Source: Stegostoma tigrinum (taxonomy: Eukaryota). From it: DNA of 64,000 bases. This document shows, piece after piece, positions 1 through 12,780 of the stretch. The DNA lies in the NCBI RefSeq assembly GCF_030684315.1, contig NC_081370.1, positions 5,283,879 through 5,347,878 of the forward strand. The letters run 5' to 3'. The notes under the pieces are model-generated. The model saw only the letters and a program-made list of their open reading frames with translations. It was not told the origin of the DNA and ran no database searches. A program made the position numbers and the translations under genes. Every line of letters starts with the position of its first letter. Position 1 is the first letter of the stretch.

Positions 1-169
1 CCATTGGATATCTGATCAGCGTGGATGGGTTGGGCCAAAGGGTATGTTTCCATGCTGGACAGCTCTATGTCTCTAGTCACAGTGCCTACCCCTGCATATG
101 AGGATTGATCTCTTTACACTACCTTTGGCAGATATCAACAATAATTCCCCATATAAGAGCATGATGTTT

Positions 170-520
170 TTGATGTCCCAAAGCATTTCACAGCCAAATT
201 ATTTCTGAAGTGTGACTACTGCTAGTTGGTTAGCAGTGACACCAATTTACGCAGAGCAAAATCCAACAGGCAGCAAGGAGATAACTAACCAGCACTTTTG
301 GTTTTGTTCAACCAGGAAAAATTCCCTAACTTTCCTCTAAAAGTGCGTTGGAATCCTTTACATCCACCCAAAGGGGTAGTAAAATAAGTTATTTGAAAGA
401 AAGCACCCTGGGCTCAGCAGCAGTGCCTCAGCATCACACCGGAATTGACAAACTATACATTCACGTCTTGGCATGGTGCTGAGAACAGTGTGCTACCCTC
501 GAGCCAAGCTGATAGTTGGC
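170..520 (-). mobile_element. Degenerate Deu-domain SINE (SacSINE1/AmnSINE1-like)
   Basis: Blocks such as gtcccaaagcatttcacagccaa, ccaatttacgcagagcaaaatccaacaggcagcaa and gaatcctttacatccaccc resemble the DeuSINE core as recalled; related copies near 17.7-18.0 kb and 41.0-41.2 kb. Boundaries approximate. Confidence 0.5.
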
Positions 521-2829
521 ATAAAGCAACTAAGCTTGGAGAACAGACTACAAGGTACTTGCTCTCCTTTATCTCATTGGTGGTATTGAATGAGCTGAAT
601 GATCATTTAAAGTTACACTGAATCCACACTAATTGCACATTCCTGTGTCTGGGAATTTAAAACAAAAACAAACTCAATCTTCTGCAATGGTATTCAGAAG
701 GCCGCTCGTTTTTGCATGGTTTCCACATGTCGTATTTAGCAACATCTTCATTATTCAGTACAATGTTTCTTCTTTGTAATGCAATTCTTAGAAGTACTGA
801 AAATTCCACTAAATCTTGGCCCCAACCAGCCAGTATAGTATCTAATGACTGCACATTTCAACCAGTGCAATGCTTGGCATAGATTCAACAGTAAATAGGA
901 TATTCTGAGCTGTTTACTGCATGTTATCTGCTCAGTGTTCTCTTTGAAGAGAACGTATTTCTCCCCCTCCCTCATCCACCCCCTTCTCACCCAAGATGAA
1001 AGCACATTGCAAAACGACAGAGAGAGGTCACAGGGCATGGCCATGCTTTGTAGCACATTATGTTCCTTGCTGCCATTGGGCTGTACCCACCGAGTGGCAA
1101 ACTGCCCACTTTTCAGAACCAGATCAGTCAATTGGTGGAAACGCAAATGTATTAAAGTGGACAACAGACTAATATTTGTGATCTCATCAACAGCAGCTTT
1201 CTGTCTGAACTCTAACTGTTCCGTGTCGTCCAACGTCACCACGGCGTATCAAATTTCATTTCAATCACTTACATTTGTACAAGTTTTTGAAAATAGAATG
1301 ACCGTCGGCCTTCCACGCTCAATTAGTTTGGCCAGCTATGGTTCTAGGCTTATACCGGCAAAATGGCTATCATCTTTGAAAGCCTCTAATTTGCTTGATT
1401 CCAAGAATAACCAGCTGTGAAACTGTAGTCTGGCATGGACTCATGCCCCTTGATATCTATTTTTAAACTCAGACTTCTACATCAACACAACATTGATCTA
1501 CAAGTTATGTGGCACTGCCTTTTGAATGGATCTGTTCAGAAAATATTTTGTATAACAAGTACTGCCATTTTCTTTTGTCTGTTGGACCCAGTGGATAAAC
1601 TATATTGCGCACTGAATTTCTCTGCTCAGTAAACACGAGGCACTGCTAACAGTAGGCAATTTATCCAGTTTTTTTCCAGAAACATGCATGTATACTGCTC
1701 ACTTCAAAAAGTTCTGTTAAACAGAAAACAAAGGCTGATTTGACACGGTTTCAAGAAACCCAGCATCTCCTATTCCACCTATCGTCTCATGTTTCTGCTA
1801 CGAAATCCATTTATCTGAAGCCGCCTAACAATTCTTCAGTCTGGTTTCTCTTGCAATACAGAAAACAGACTTGATAGAGTAAATGGCAATAGCCAGGCCA
1901 GAATTGCTGAATCACCAAAACCAAAACCAAAACACCGAAGCAACTATAAATCATTCCTAATATGTCAGCAAACAGTGAATGGCAGAGGCAGGTCACGCAA
2001 TATGTGGGAATGGGAGGGAGACGAGAATTAAATATTTAGAAAGCAATCAAATTGAACCCAAAGTAAGCAAGTGCTTGCACGATGCCTGCTAATTTTACAA
2101 CACACCAACACAGGTTGGCTATTATTGGCTAGAGTCACACCTGTTATGCCACATGAATACATTTTGACGGCGAAGGTAAACAGCTAAGTAACCATGGAGG
2201 TTGACGCACTGTAAAACTGAATGAGCAAATGAAACAATTACATTTTATTGCCTTTTTAATCCCTCTTCCCTAAGAGGTCAGCACAAATAGGCCACTAACA
2301 TGAGAACATTATAAAATCAGAAAGTGGGCAAAGCAACAAAGTGCATTAATTTATGGTATGCTTGATGAGATGGCAAGGAGATAAGGGACAGGTACAGGAG
2401 AAATAAAATAGCTCAAATCACTAGTACCACTGAACTGGGAGTGGATGGTACAAGCGCTTTGAAAACCAGAAATAACAAAAGTTTACTCAACCACATGCAA
2501 GGTTTACTTTGAAAAATGCCCTAACCCACTTTGCTTGCCCGTGTTCCGTGAGACTTACATACTCCTGGAGCTGTTGTTCAGTAACCATCATTTCTATATA
2601 GCACCAAAATATCCAGAAGGTGCTCCACAAAACTGATTATCCAACACAATGTGAGCCACAGGGTAAAATTCAAACAGGTGAGTCAAAGAGTAGGTTGTAA
2701 AAAGCCTCTTAAAAACAATGCAAGAGTTGGGGAAGGCAAGGTTTAGGGAGAAGATTCTACATTCAGGCCTTGACAACTGCATGCACAGTTACTGATTGTG
2801 CAAGAATTCGAGGGCACACACAAGCATTG

Positions 2830-3205
2830 GAGGCTGAGGGGGGACCGTATAGAGGTTTGTAAAATCATGAAGGGCATGGATGGGGTAAATAGCCAAGGTC
2901 TTTTCCCCAGGGTGGGGGAGTCCAAAACTAGTTGGCATAGGTTTAAGAGAGGGGAAAGATTTAAAAAGGGACCTGAGGAGTAACTTTTTCCACACAGAGG
3001 GTGCAGTGTGAACGGAATGAGCTGCCAGAGGAGGTGGTGGATGCAGATACAATTATTACATTTAAATAGCATTGGGGTGGGTATATGAATAGGAAGGGTT
3101 TCAAAGGGATATGGGTCAAATGCTGGCTAATGGGACTAGATCAATTTAGAATATTTGGGCAGCATCGACAATTTGGACCAAGAAGTCTGTTTCCACCCTG
3201 TGTGA
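2830..3205 (+). mobile_element. CR1 LINE 3' fragment
   Basis: Translates to RLRGDRIEVCKIMKGMDGVNSQGLFPRVGESKT, the CR1 ORF2 C-terminus; similar to the 12.4-12.7 kb copy. Confidence 0.8.
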
Positions 3206-4203
3206 CATGTTTACCAGCTGGTAAATAATAACCTTTGCCAATAAAAGGGTCATTCAAAATAACCTCATGATTGAATCAAAAAGAACTGTGCTTCAGTACA
3301 CATTTTAGACTGTGGTACAAATCCCAAAAGTAATCTTTGTGCCTGTACGCATGCAGTGCCCATGCTTCGTTGCGGATTGAGAAAACAACCAAGTGGCCAG
3401 CAGGGGCCTATCAGATCAAAGAATCAAACTGCACCTCAAATTTTACAGGTGACCATTCAAAACTGAAAAACAGGAGGCACCAAAAACCATATGCATACAA
3501 AATGCTGTATTTGAACAGAAAAGTATAGCTACAAAGCATTAAAATAAGAATATCTCTTCCCAGGTTTACCTTTCAATCAGGAAGCAAACTAGTAAAGCCA
3601 TAATGATAATGCAGGGTTATCTGATCCTGTTTGGGGTCTGCGTGAAATTCCAACCATGATGGGTGTCAGTGTTCTGTTTATTCAGATCACACCACCTGGA
3701 AAGGAGTATGATATCAATATCATCGTAGCTGTAATGCTCGAGAGTTTGGTGATGGAGCTAGCTTCGTGAAGAAAGGTATCACTGCAACAAAGCCTTTTGC
3801 ATCACCCCAATAATGTGTAAGGTATGTCCAATCAGAAAAAGAAAATGGACCATCTAATCCAGTAAATTACTGCCTAGTGTTGCCGAGCAAAATCTCAAAA
3901 ATGCCCTACTCAACATCATTGTGACAGCACCATCGCCACAAAACTGCAGAAAGCAAGATTTTACTCACTCATAACCCACACACTTAAACACAGTTAAAAT
4001 TCTTATTGCAACAAATGCATCACCAACGGAACTTCCCCTTTCTAAGACTGTTTCAAATGTAAAACAACTGCATTTCAGAATTCCACCGTTTTATATCAGT
4101 AGCAGATCCTCTGCTACCTTTCCCTTACAATAAATCCCCTTCACTAACCTACTAACATGTACAGCTTCAGCGCCACCCTCAAAGCACATCATTTGGTAGC
4201 GAT

Positions 4204-4429
4204 TGTAACAAGGTCAGACAGCTGGAAATCCTAAAATATGAGTTCCATGATTAGAACAGATTAACAGCCCCAGTCAGGGAGCCCTGGCTGACTATCCAGA
4301 TCTCCCTGATCAGAGATACTGACACACTGATAGTTGATTCTGAACGGGCAGTACTGAAATCAAGGTCTATTTGTGTGTAATTAAAGTGGGGCTTGGTGAC
4401 AGGACAGTGGCCTCTGTGGAGTTATTTAA
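4204..4429 (+). mobile_element. Probable solo LTR (degenerate)
   Basis: Starts TGTAACAAGG, contains gattaacagccccagtcagggagccctggctgac and an ATTAAA, ends ggcctctgtggagttattt; resembles a recalled shark LTR repeat. Terminal CA and TSD not clear. Confidence 0.35.
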
Positions 4430-5958
4430 ACAGGCACATTCAAGAAATCTAGATTCTAGATTCCAAATCAGAAGCATCTGGGAAGATGCTGCCTAATGAA
4501 AATGCTTTATTTAAAAAGTGTGCTTTGCTGCAAAAGGGGCACAAAAACTATCTTGCTCCTGACTTATCTGGCCAGTAGCTGACAATGCCGAAGTACATTT
4601 GTATCCAGCTGAATATGTTCAAATATATCATCTGCTATAAAGTTTTGGCTAATAAAACATAGTAGGAGCAGCTAAATCATACTGAGTACAAATGATAAGG
4701 GAAAAATAATATGTCTTTGCTCAAGTTCTGTAAACAGATTAACAGTCTCTCAATTTCTTATGCACAGCACATTAATTTTAATCCAGGCTAAAATTATTAC
4801 CACACCAAGAAATTTCTTACTATCTGTCTGGGAGACAGATTAACAAGATTTCCACAAACTTAAAATACATCAATCGTGGCAAACTGATTTTCTCAGAGAA
4901 GTATTCATTCACTGTTGAAACCATAGCTTTCTATGTTGAAAATGATTACACTTCAATGTTTTGTCGGCTGTAGACACCATTTTAAAACAGACTGAAGGGT
5001 GCTGTACAAACACTTTTTTTATACAGTACAATGGATAATGAACATGATTTTATACTACAATTATACAGTAATCTGAATCAATAAAGGCATGAGGATTAAA
5101 GTTTTGTTAAGAATGCTGAAAAAGAGGGGAACTGAAATCATTTTCCAGAGTTGAAATTGAGCAGTTTGAATCATTGCGTTTTTTTTTCCCCAAAATTAGA
5201 TGAAGGATAAAAGAACTGTGGAATAACTAAGTTATCAGTCAAGGCCAGTATGAAGGATCAAGAGTCAACTAGCATTGTTCAAAACAGAGAAGAACAGGTC
5301 TTGTGACAGAGTGGTAGTGTCCCTACCTCTGGACAATAAGTTCTGCTTTCAGATCCCACCTGCCCAGATATATGTGTCACAACAAGTCTAAATAGGTTAA
5401 ATTAAAATACATAAATGGAGAAGAGGATGTTGTGATCCTTTCCCCTGTAATTAAACAGGAGACTATTTAGTCTGCTCCACTATTCACCAGATGATGACCG
5501 ATATATGGTCATCATTGTTTACCCACCCATAGATTTCATAAGAAATATGGATCAATTTGTTTTGTTTAAAAACTGATTTAAGTCTTGAACTATTCAAAAG
5601 ACCCAGCAACTGCAGTCTTTTGCAGATCTCCATTGTCTGTGTAAAGTGTTGTCTGATCTCACTCCTGAATGTTCTAACTGTAGTTTTTAAGATTATATCC
5701 TTTTGTAATGGATTCTATCACAGGAAATGGACTCCCTTGGTATTTTTGCAATCAGGAACACAGGGTCACGTTCTCAGAATAAAAAGGAGTTGGCCATTTA
5801 GGATTACAATTTAGAAAAATGCCTCAAGTCCACAGTCATTATCTTTGAACTTCTCTGCTTGAGAAAGTTGTGAATGTTCAGCTATTGAGCAAAATCAAAA
5901 CAGAAGTCAATAGAGTTTTGGCTAGAAATAGAATTAAGAACCAAGACAAATGCTATGA

Positions 5959-6250
5959 ATTAGCATTGCTGCCTCACAGCGCCGGGGACCCGGGTTCAAT
6001 CGCACCCTTGGGCAAATGTCTGTGTGGAGTTTGTACATTCTCCCCACGTCTGCGTGGGCTTCCTCTGCGTACTCAGGTTTCCTCCCACAGTCCAAAGATG
6101 TGCAGGTTAGATGGATTGGCTAAGCTAAGTTGCCCGTAGTGTTCAGGGGTCTGTAGATTAGGTGAGTTATGTGGGATGCTCCAACCATCAGTGTGGACTT
6201 GTTGGGCCGAAGGGCCTGTTTCCACGCTGTAGGGGTTCTGTGATTCTGTG
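5959..6250 (+). mobile_element. HE1-type tRNA-derived V-SINE (5' eroded)
   Basis: B box GGTTCAATC, V-domain gtctgtgtggagtttgtacattctcc, tail ggccgaagggcctgtttccacgctgtagg. Confidence 0.85.
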
Positions 6251-7685
6251 AAGAAATGGTGCAGCAAGTTGGATTTGTAACGGAAGACATGGGCTAGTTG
6301 ATTAGTGGCGAGGACTGGTAGGGGCAAATAGTCTACTCCTGTTTCTAGTCCTTATAATGTCCACATGGTCCTTGAATCCCTTCATGTTGTGAAGACTTTT
6401 TTAAATTCACTCATGGGCTGTGTATGTCAAATGCTGTTCCAGCCAAAATCACCCATTCCTAGTTGCCCTTGAGGTGGTGGTTGATTAGATCACCACATAG
6501 CCTTCAAGTCACAATAATGCATTCTTTTTAAATAATTTTAAAAAACTTTATGCCTCACCATTGGGCTTACGAATTTACACTCTTCTCCTGAAATCATGAC
6601 ACCCTTGCTGATGCGTTTTGCCAAAATTGAATGCTGCAAGGTGGTCTGCTCAAGGCTACAAACAATTGAAACAGGGGATGTTTCTCCCTTTTTTATTCCA
6701 ATCCTCTTGAATAACCCCCTTGAATAACCATAATCAATAATGTCACAATAAATCATTTATGAAGCAGCACCATAAAAAATTATATTTAATGAGACAAAAC
6801 ATACAAATCAACAAAATGACAGTAATCTTGACACAGTAGCCACAATGCTATCGATGACAATCAAACATTTCTAGCCCGCACACAACAGCAACCATAAAAA
6901 ATTCAGAACATTAGAAAATCTCTTTCCCACCAGCTGACCATTCATGACATCTCCTCTTTAGTTGTTATATTAAGTTAATTGGTTAACAATATTCATCTGC
7001 ACCATGACAGTCTATCAGCATTCGAGTTTGCACTTCTACAAACCTAATTCAGTAATAACACTGGCTACATTTAACGAGGCCATAAGTCATGTATACTAAA
7101 TAGAATTGAATAGAGTATAATAAATCTGCAACTCAATCAAGAGTTATGTAAATTCAGGGCAATTGCACGCAGTCAAGGTGCAGATCCAAAATCTCACTGA
7201 ACGCCTGAACAATTAACTGACTGGCTAGCAAACCCTACGCTTGTTTTAAGGAAGGACGTTCCAACTTCATAACCGTGATTCTACACATTTCACTAATTTG
7301 ATAAGGAATAACACTGTTTACCATAACCACGTTCACATTAACAGGTAGATATGGTCCCCATACGGCAAAGGACACTGACAGGGGGCCCCGTCTGTCCTCT
7401 CAGTTGGGGAAGGATCTCACATTGGTGCCACACATCGTTCAGCAATATCGTTTGTGCAGTTGCAGTTGTGCGCGCCAGGGAACAACAGCTTCAAAGGGGA
7501 CGCCTGTAGAGAGTTTGGGAAGTGTCCCCGCAATGACGAGAGGCGCTACCTTAAAACAAGAGGTGTTGTTGTTGGATTCCTTCCCTTCCGTGAGTTGACA
7601 GCTTCCTTCCTACGCCGGTGGCTCTCGGGGAGGGGATCTCCGGGCCGTTTGTGTTTTCTTAAGGGAGAGAGAAGCGAGCACTTAC

Positions 7686-7878
7686 CGAGACAAGCTCCGC
7701 TGGCCAGGGCACAGGCTGTCAGCGCTCCGGCCGATGCACCGTAGATGTTGCTGGCGTTGTGGACCAGCTGCGGGGCGTGCTCCAACAGGCAGCTGGCGAC
7801 GCCGATGTGGTAAATGCCCAGGAACCCGCAGCCGGCGAACGAGATGCTCCAGGAGGTCGAGTCTTCGGGAAGCAGCAT
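7686..7878 (-). CDS. PNPLA2: Patatin-like phospholipase domain-containing protein 2 (ATGL), first coding exon; gene continues beyond the left edge
   Basis: [64 protein letters not shown](G): patatin Gly-rich GCGFLG and catalytic GASAG motifs; 193 nt, phase-1 donor G|GTAAGT (GT at 7685-7684); position next to RPLP2 favours PNPLA2 over PNPLA3. Confidence 0.93.
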
Positions 7879-8184
7879 CTCACTCAACAGCGTTTTCGCG
7901 GGACAAGACAAGGAACCGCTCTGCTTCACATTTTCCAGCAGCATCTCCTCTGCTTCCACCCCGCTATCCCGTCTGTTTTCTTCTGTCCTCTGTTCCAATC
8001 AGCTCTGCTGTACACCCAGACTGACAGCAGCTTCTCCCCACCCCCTCCACCAATTACTGTTACCGCCCCTCCCTGAAATCCTGTCAGCCCACAACCATTT
8101 CGACTCACAGAGCACTTGGAACCCACAGTGCAATGATCCAAGTCACTTTGCAGCAATATTATATCGTTTTGTTTTAATTCATTC

Positions 8185-8445
8185 ATTCACAAGATGATGA
8201 GGAGGGGTGGGTGTCACTAGCCAGGCTGGGCAAAGTTAGCAGTTTCACTTCCTAAAAGGGACATCAGTGATCCGTCTGGGTTTTCACCACGATCGACTGG
8301 ATTCATGGTCACCATTGGACTTTTAATTCCAGATTCTTTATTGAATTCAAATTCCAACAGCTGGCATGATGGGTTCGAACCCAGATCGTTACCCGGGTCT
8401 CTGTATTAGCACTCTAGTAAAAATACCACCAGGCTGTTCTCCCTC
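8185..8445 (-). mobile_element. tRNA-derived SINE, second family (same as 26221-26540)
   Basis: Reverse complement shares GGTTCGAACCC box, ccatgaatcc and aaaaccca...cactgatgtccc blocks with the 26.2-26.5 kb copy. Confidence 0.55.
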
Positions 8446-10389
8446 CGGAACCTAATACGCAGGTCCCATATCACTTCACAGAGATGTTTACAAAGCAGAA
8501 TTGTGCATTCAGCTCCCGATATAGATATTATCATCTTTGGGTATTTCTGGACGAACAACTGAACAGAGAATTGCAAGGACTGCTGTGCAAGGAATGAGGA
8601 GATTTCCCTTGCCTGAAGTTAGCAAGCCCAATAGACTCATTGCGTGCTGTGACTTTTCTGTAGCCAAAGGCATGAGTAGATTCCAAGGTTGCAGGAGGAA
8701 ATTGGTCAGGAAAAAACACTCCAGACTTTACAGGTAAGGCCCAACACGGAAAGGATTAAAATCGGAAGTGGCCAAGAGGTTAAAATTGGATGTGCAGGTA
8801 TCTCCCCGGACTGTAGATAAATTATTCCTAAATTCGTTTCTCCTCCATGTGTCTCATGACATACTTCTGTCCAACCTGTTTAAAGTGAAACTTACTTTAG
8901 AAGAATTTATCATTACTTCCTCGTTTTATCATACGCATATTTCCTCTCACGAAGTTGCTGACACGGAGGGACCCCGCAGCTCCTAACTCCATTCCAGGTG
9001 CTCGATTTCAGTGCCAGTCGCCAAGTAAGCAATGACACAGATATTGCACTTGGACTGATAGCAATCTGAGTGTTTAATTACCATTACCACAAAACTCACA
9101 GCAATTTCCGCAGGCCACGCAAATGCAGAAGTCTGGAAGGAGACGTGAATCTATGCTCCTCCCCAGAGTGCAACGAGCAATCTATGCATTAGCTGAAACT
9201 CCCTCCCTCTTTCACCGAACAAAAACAATAATCTTGGAAAACTCGCCACTTGTTCAGTGAAGTGTAACTGTCATACAACTATTTGAGAACACGGCGTTAC
9301 ACGATTCTAGCTTCCTGTACAGCTCCTTCACGAGAATTTCACGATTCCCACAGTCGGCCCGGTTAGGTGCTAGGATCAGGAATTCTCTCTCTACACTTCC
9401 TGTTTTCTCTCGCCCTTAGGACACCCATAATTCTACTTCTGATTCAAGCTTTTGAGCAGTCACCCTCCTCTGGCTGACCGTCAAGATGCACCTTGAGACA
9501 TTGATTTACACTAAGAGCCAAACCATCAAAACACTAATAACTCGTTTGTTGGTTCTTGCGACCGAGAATTTCACAATATACCGGTTAGGTAGACATGGGT
9601 AGTGACCAATAGACTACGTAATATCGCTTATGTTTTGAAAACTTGGGCTGAATACCTGTTCAGATTTGAGAAAATAAAGTAGCTGAACTTTCAAAATATG
9701 TTTTCAAGCGACTGTATCAACATTTATCAGCAGGCCATTTCAGATTATTCCACGGCCTCGTCCGTCCCTATCTCTGTATCCTCCACCACAACCATTTGAA
9801 GGATGTTTTTCGAGCAGTGCATTTGTGTACAAACCGTAAACTTGATTTCACGTACAACCCGATCCAATATTCGCGAGTCAGTTACGACTCTTTTTAAAGT
9901 AAAGGAATATCATTAATGGAGTACAGGTTACACTGTACACTTATTACCCACTCCTAATTGCCCTCGAAAATAGTAGTGATCTGGCTTCTTGAACTGGTGC
10001 AATTCATGTACTATAAATGCAGCCACACTGCTGTTTAGGAGTTTTAGGATCTTGACCCAGCAAGATTGAAGGAATGACAGAATGTTTCTACTTCGGGAAG
10101 ATGAGTGGCTTAGAAGTGAAGTGGTAAGTAGTGGAAGTGCTGTGTATCTGATGTTCTTGTTCTTCTAGATGGCAATGGTAATTGGTTTGGAAAGTATTGT
10201 ATAAAGAATCATAGGGAATCTCTGCATTGCACCTTGTCCTATTATCCATCAGTAGTGGAGGGAGCGAACATTAGAAATGTTATTCCCTGCCTTGAAGAAG
10301 TATCAACAAGATGGGAGCAAATTACTGCAGATGCTAGAATCTGAACTGAAATGAAAAAAAAAATACAGATGAACAGCTACAGGAAGGCA

Positions 10390-11070
10390 GGCCAGGGTCA
10401 TGCTTGTGCATGGATTGGAGGTGTTCTGCAAAGCAGTTACGCAGTCTGCATTTAGTGTCCCCAATGTAGAGTAGGCCACATTGGGTGCAACAAATACAGC
10501 AGGTCGGAGGAGGTATGGGTGAAGTGCTGCTTCACCTGGAAAGACTGTTTAGGCCCTTGGACGATGAACAGGGAGGTGGTGAAGGGGCAGGTGTTGCACC
10601 ATTTTAACACAGCATCTTGTCTGAATGCCTGTGTGACTGTCCTCCACCTGCTGCAGTACCCCAGCACATCACAGCATAAACTGGAGGAGCAATATCTCAC
10701 ATTCACAGGAGGCAGCTTACAACCTTCTGGGCTCAATGTGGAGTTCAACACCTTAAAATTGTGAATCCATTCCTTCTTTTTCTTGTACCCTTACTTGCTA
10801 CATTCCCTGCCAGCGTCCTCCCCCCCAAAAAAAAGTTGGACCATGTTCCTTCCAGTTTGGCAGTTAGACACCATTGTTCTGACATTCTCATACTCCAATC
10901 TCTTAATCTGACCTATTGACATGCTTTCTCCTCCAGCACCCCTACTATTGCATGAATGCTGTCTCCTCAACACTTCTCTTCAGCTCTGAAGTCATTTAAA
11001 CTCAAAACATTAGCTTTCTCCCTCTCCATGGATGCTGCCTGACCTGTTACCTCCAGCACATTTTGTTTTA
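10390..11070. mobile_element. Rearranged Penelope-like element fragment (GIY-YIG region minus, 3' end plus)
   Basis: Minus frame FQVKQHFTHTSSDLLY; plus frame KLEEQYLTFTGGSLQPSGLNVEFN; degenerate terminal repeat at about 10980-11070. Confidence 0.7.
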
Positions 11071-11484
11071 ATATCTACAAAACTTGGTATTATTAAACCA
11101 GCCAGCGACTCACAAGAAGCTTTACTTTCACCTTCGTTTAGCTGTGCAACCCACAACTTTGGCTCAACAGTAGTTCATTCAGTTGTAAACACAAAAATGT
11201 TTCAAGAACATAAACAAAGTTGCTGGAAAAGCTCAGCAGGTCTGTGAAGGAGAAGACAGAGTTAATGTTTCAGGTCTGATGAGCCTTCTTCAGAATGTTT
11301 CAAGGCTGCCTTGCAAAATTCAGATAGCATGCCAAGTTTACGCAAGTCTTCCAAACAAAAAAAAAGGCCTATAGGAAATTAGGGAAGGATAGCATGAGAG
11401 ATAAAGAGAGCAAAAGGAATTAACTACCAGTCTGCAAGACTGCAGTTAGCATTCAGCAAACTCTCCAATACTTACTCAGGAAAT

Positions 11485-11697
11485 AGTAAGAACTGACAGT
11501 GTTGGAATCAGATATAACAGTGTGGAGCTGGAGCAACGCAGCAGGCCAGGCAGCATCAGAGGAATAAGAAAGCTAGATGACAAAGTGCAGAGCTGGATGA
11601 ACACAGCAGGCCAAGCAGCATCTTAGGAGCACAAAAACTGATGTTTCAGGCCTAGACCCTTCATCACCGAAATGTCAGCTTTTGTGCTCCTAAGATG
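11485..11697. repeat. Cluster of Penelope terminal-repeat (pLTR) fragments, direct and inverted
   Basis: ggagctggatgaacacagcaggccaagcagcatc units and a fold-back around cctagacccttcatca. Confidence 0.75.
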
Positions 11698-12778
11698 GAT
11701 AAAAAACTGGCTGGGCAACAGGAGACAGAGGGTAGCAGTAGAAGGGAGTTTCTCAAATTGGAGACATGTGACCAGTGGTGTTCCACAGGGATCTGTGCTG
11801 GGACCATTGTTGTTTGTGACATATGTAAATGATCTGGAGGAAGGTGTAGGTGGTCTGATCAGCAAGTTTGCTGCTGACACTAAGATTGGTGGAGTAGCTG
11901 ATAGTGAAGGGGACTGTCAGAAATTACAGCAGAATATAGATAGACTGGAGAGTTGAGCAGATAAATGGCAGATGGAGTTCAATCCGGGCAAATGTGAGGT
12001 GATGCACTTTGGAAGATCAAATTCAAGGGCGAACTATACAGTAAATAGAAAAGTCCTAGGGAAAATTGATGAACAGACAGATCTGGGTGTTCAGATCCAT
12101 TGTTCCCTGAAGGTGGCAATGCAGGTCAATAGGGTGGCCAAGAAGGCATATGGCATGCTTTCCTTCATTGGGCGGGGTATTGAGTACAAGAGTTGGCAGA
12201 TCATGTTGCAATTGTATAGGACTTTGGTTTGGCCACACTTGGAGTACTGTGTGCAGTTCTGGTTGCCACATTACCAAAAGGATGTGGATGCTTTGGAGAG
12301 GGTGCAGAGGAGGTTCACCAGGATGTTGCCTGGTATGGAGGGTGCTAGCTATGAAGAGAGGTTGAATAGATTAGGATTATTTTCATTAGAAAGATGGAGA
12401 TTGAGGAAGGACCTGATTGAGGTCTACAAAATCATGAGGGGTATAGACAGGGTGGATAGCAAAAAGCTTTTTCCCAGAGTGGGGGACTCAATTACTAGGG
12501 GTCATGAGTTCAAAGTGAGAGGAGGAAAGTTTAGGGGAGATATGCATGGAAAGTTCTTTACGCAGAGGGTGGTGCGTGCCTGGAATGCATTGCCAGCGGA
12601 GGTGGTAGACGCAGACACGTTAGCGTCTTTTAAGATATATTTGGACAGGTACATGGATGGGCAGGGAGCAAATGGACACAGACCGTTAGAAAATAGATGA
12701 CAGGTTAGACAGAGGATCTTGATCGGCGCAGGCTTGGAGGGCCGAAGGGCCTGTTCCTGTGCTGTAGGTTTCTTTGTT
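11694..12778 (+). mobile_element. 5'-truncated CR1 LINE (RT C-terminal half and 3' UTR), nested in a pLTR
   Basis: ORFs 11672-11956 (VTSGVPQGSVLGPLLFVTYVNDL, KFAAD for FADD) and 11972-12700 are in frame and separated by one TGA; 3' tail ccgaagggcctgttcctgtgctgta. Confidence 0.92.
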
Positions 12779-12780
12779 TG

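Noticed and set aside
657-7400. ORF-track ORFs such as 751-1242 and 935-1420 as genes or further PNPLA2 exons
   Set aside because: No recognisable domain; the next expected PNPLA2 exon (ARKRFLGPLHP-like) was not found, so this is read as intron.
9230-9430. ETS motifs and a possible GC-type donor as a PNPLA2 non-coding exon 1
   Set aside because: CpG enrichment is suggestive, but no convincing donor and acceptor pair could be fixed from sequence alone.
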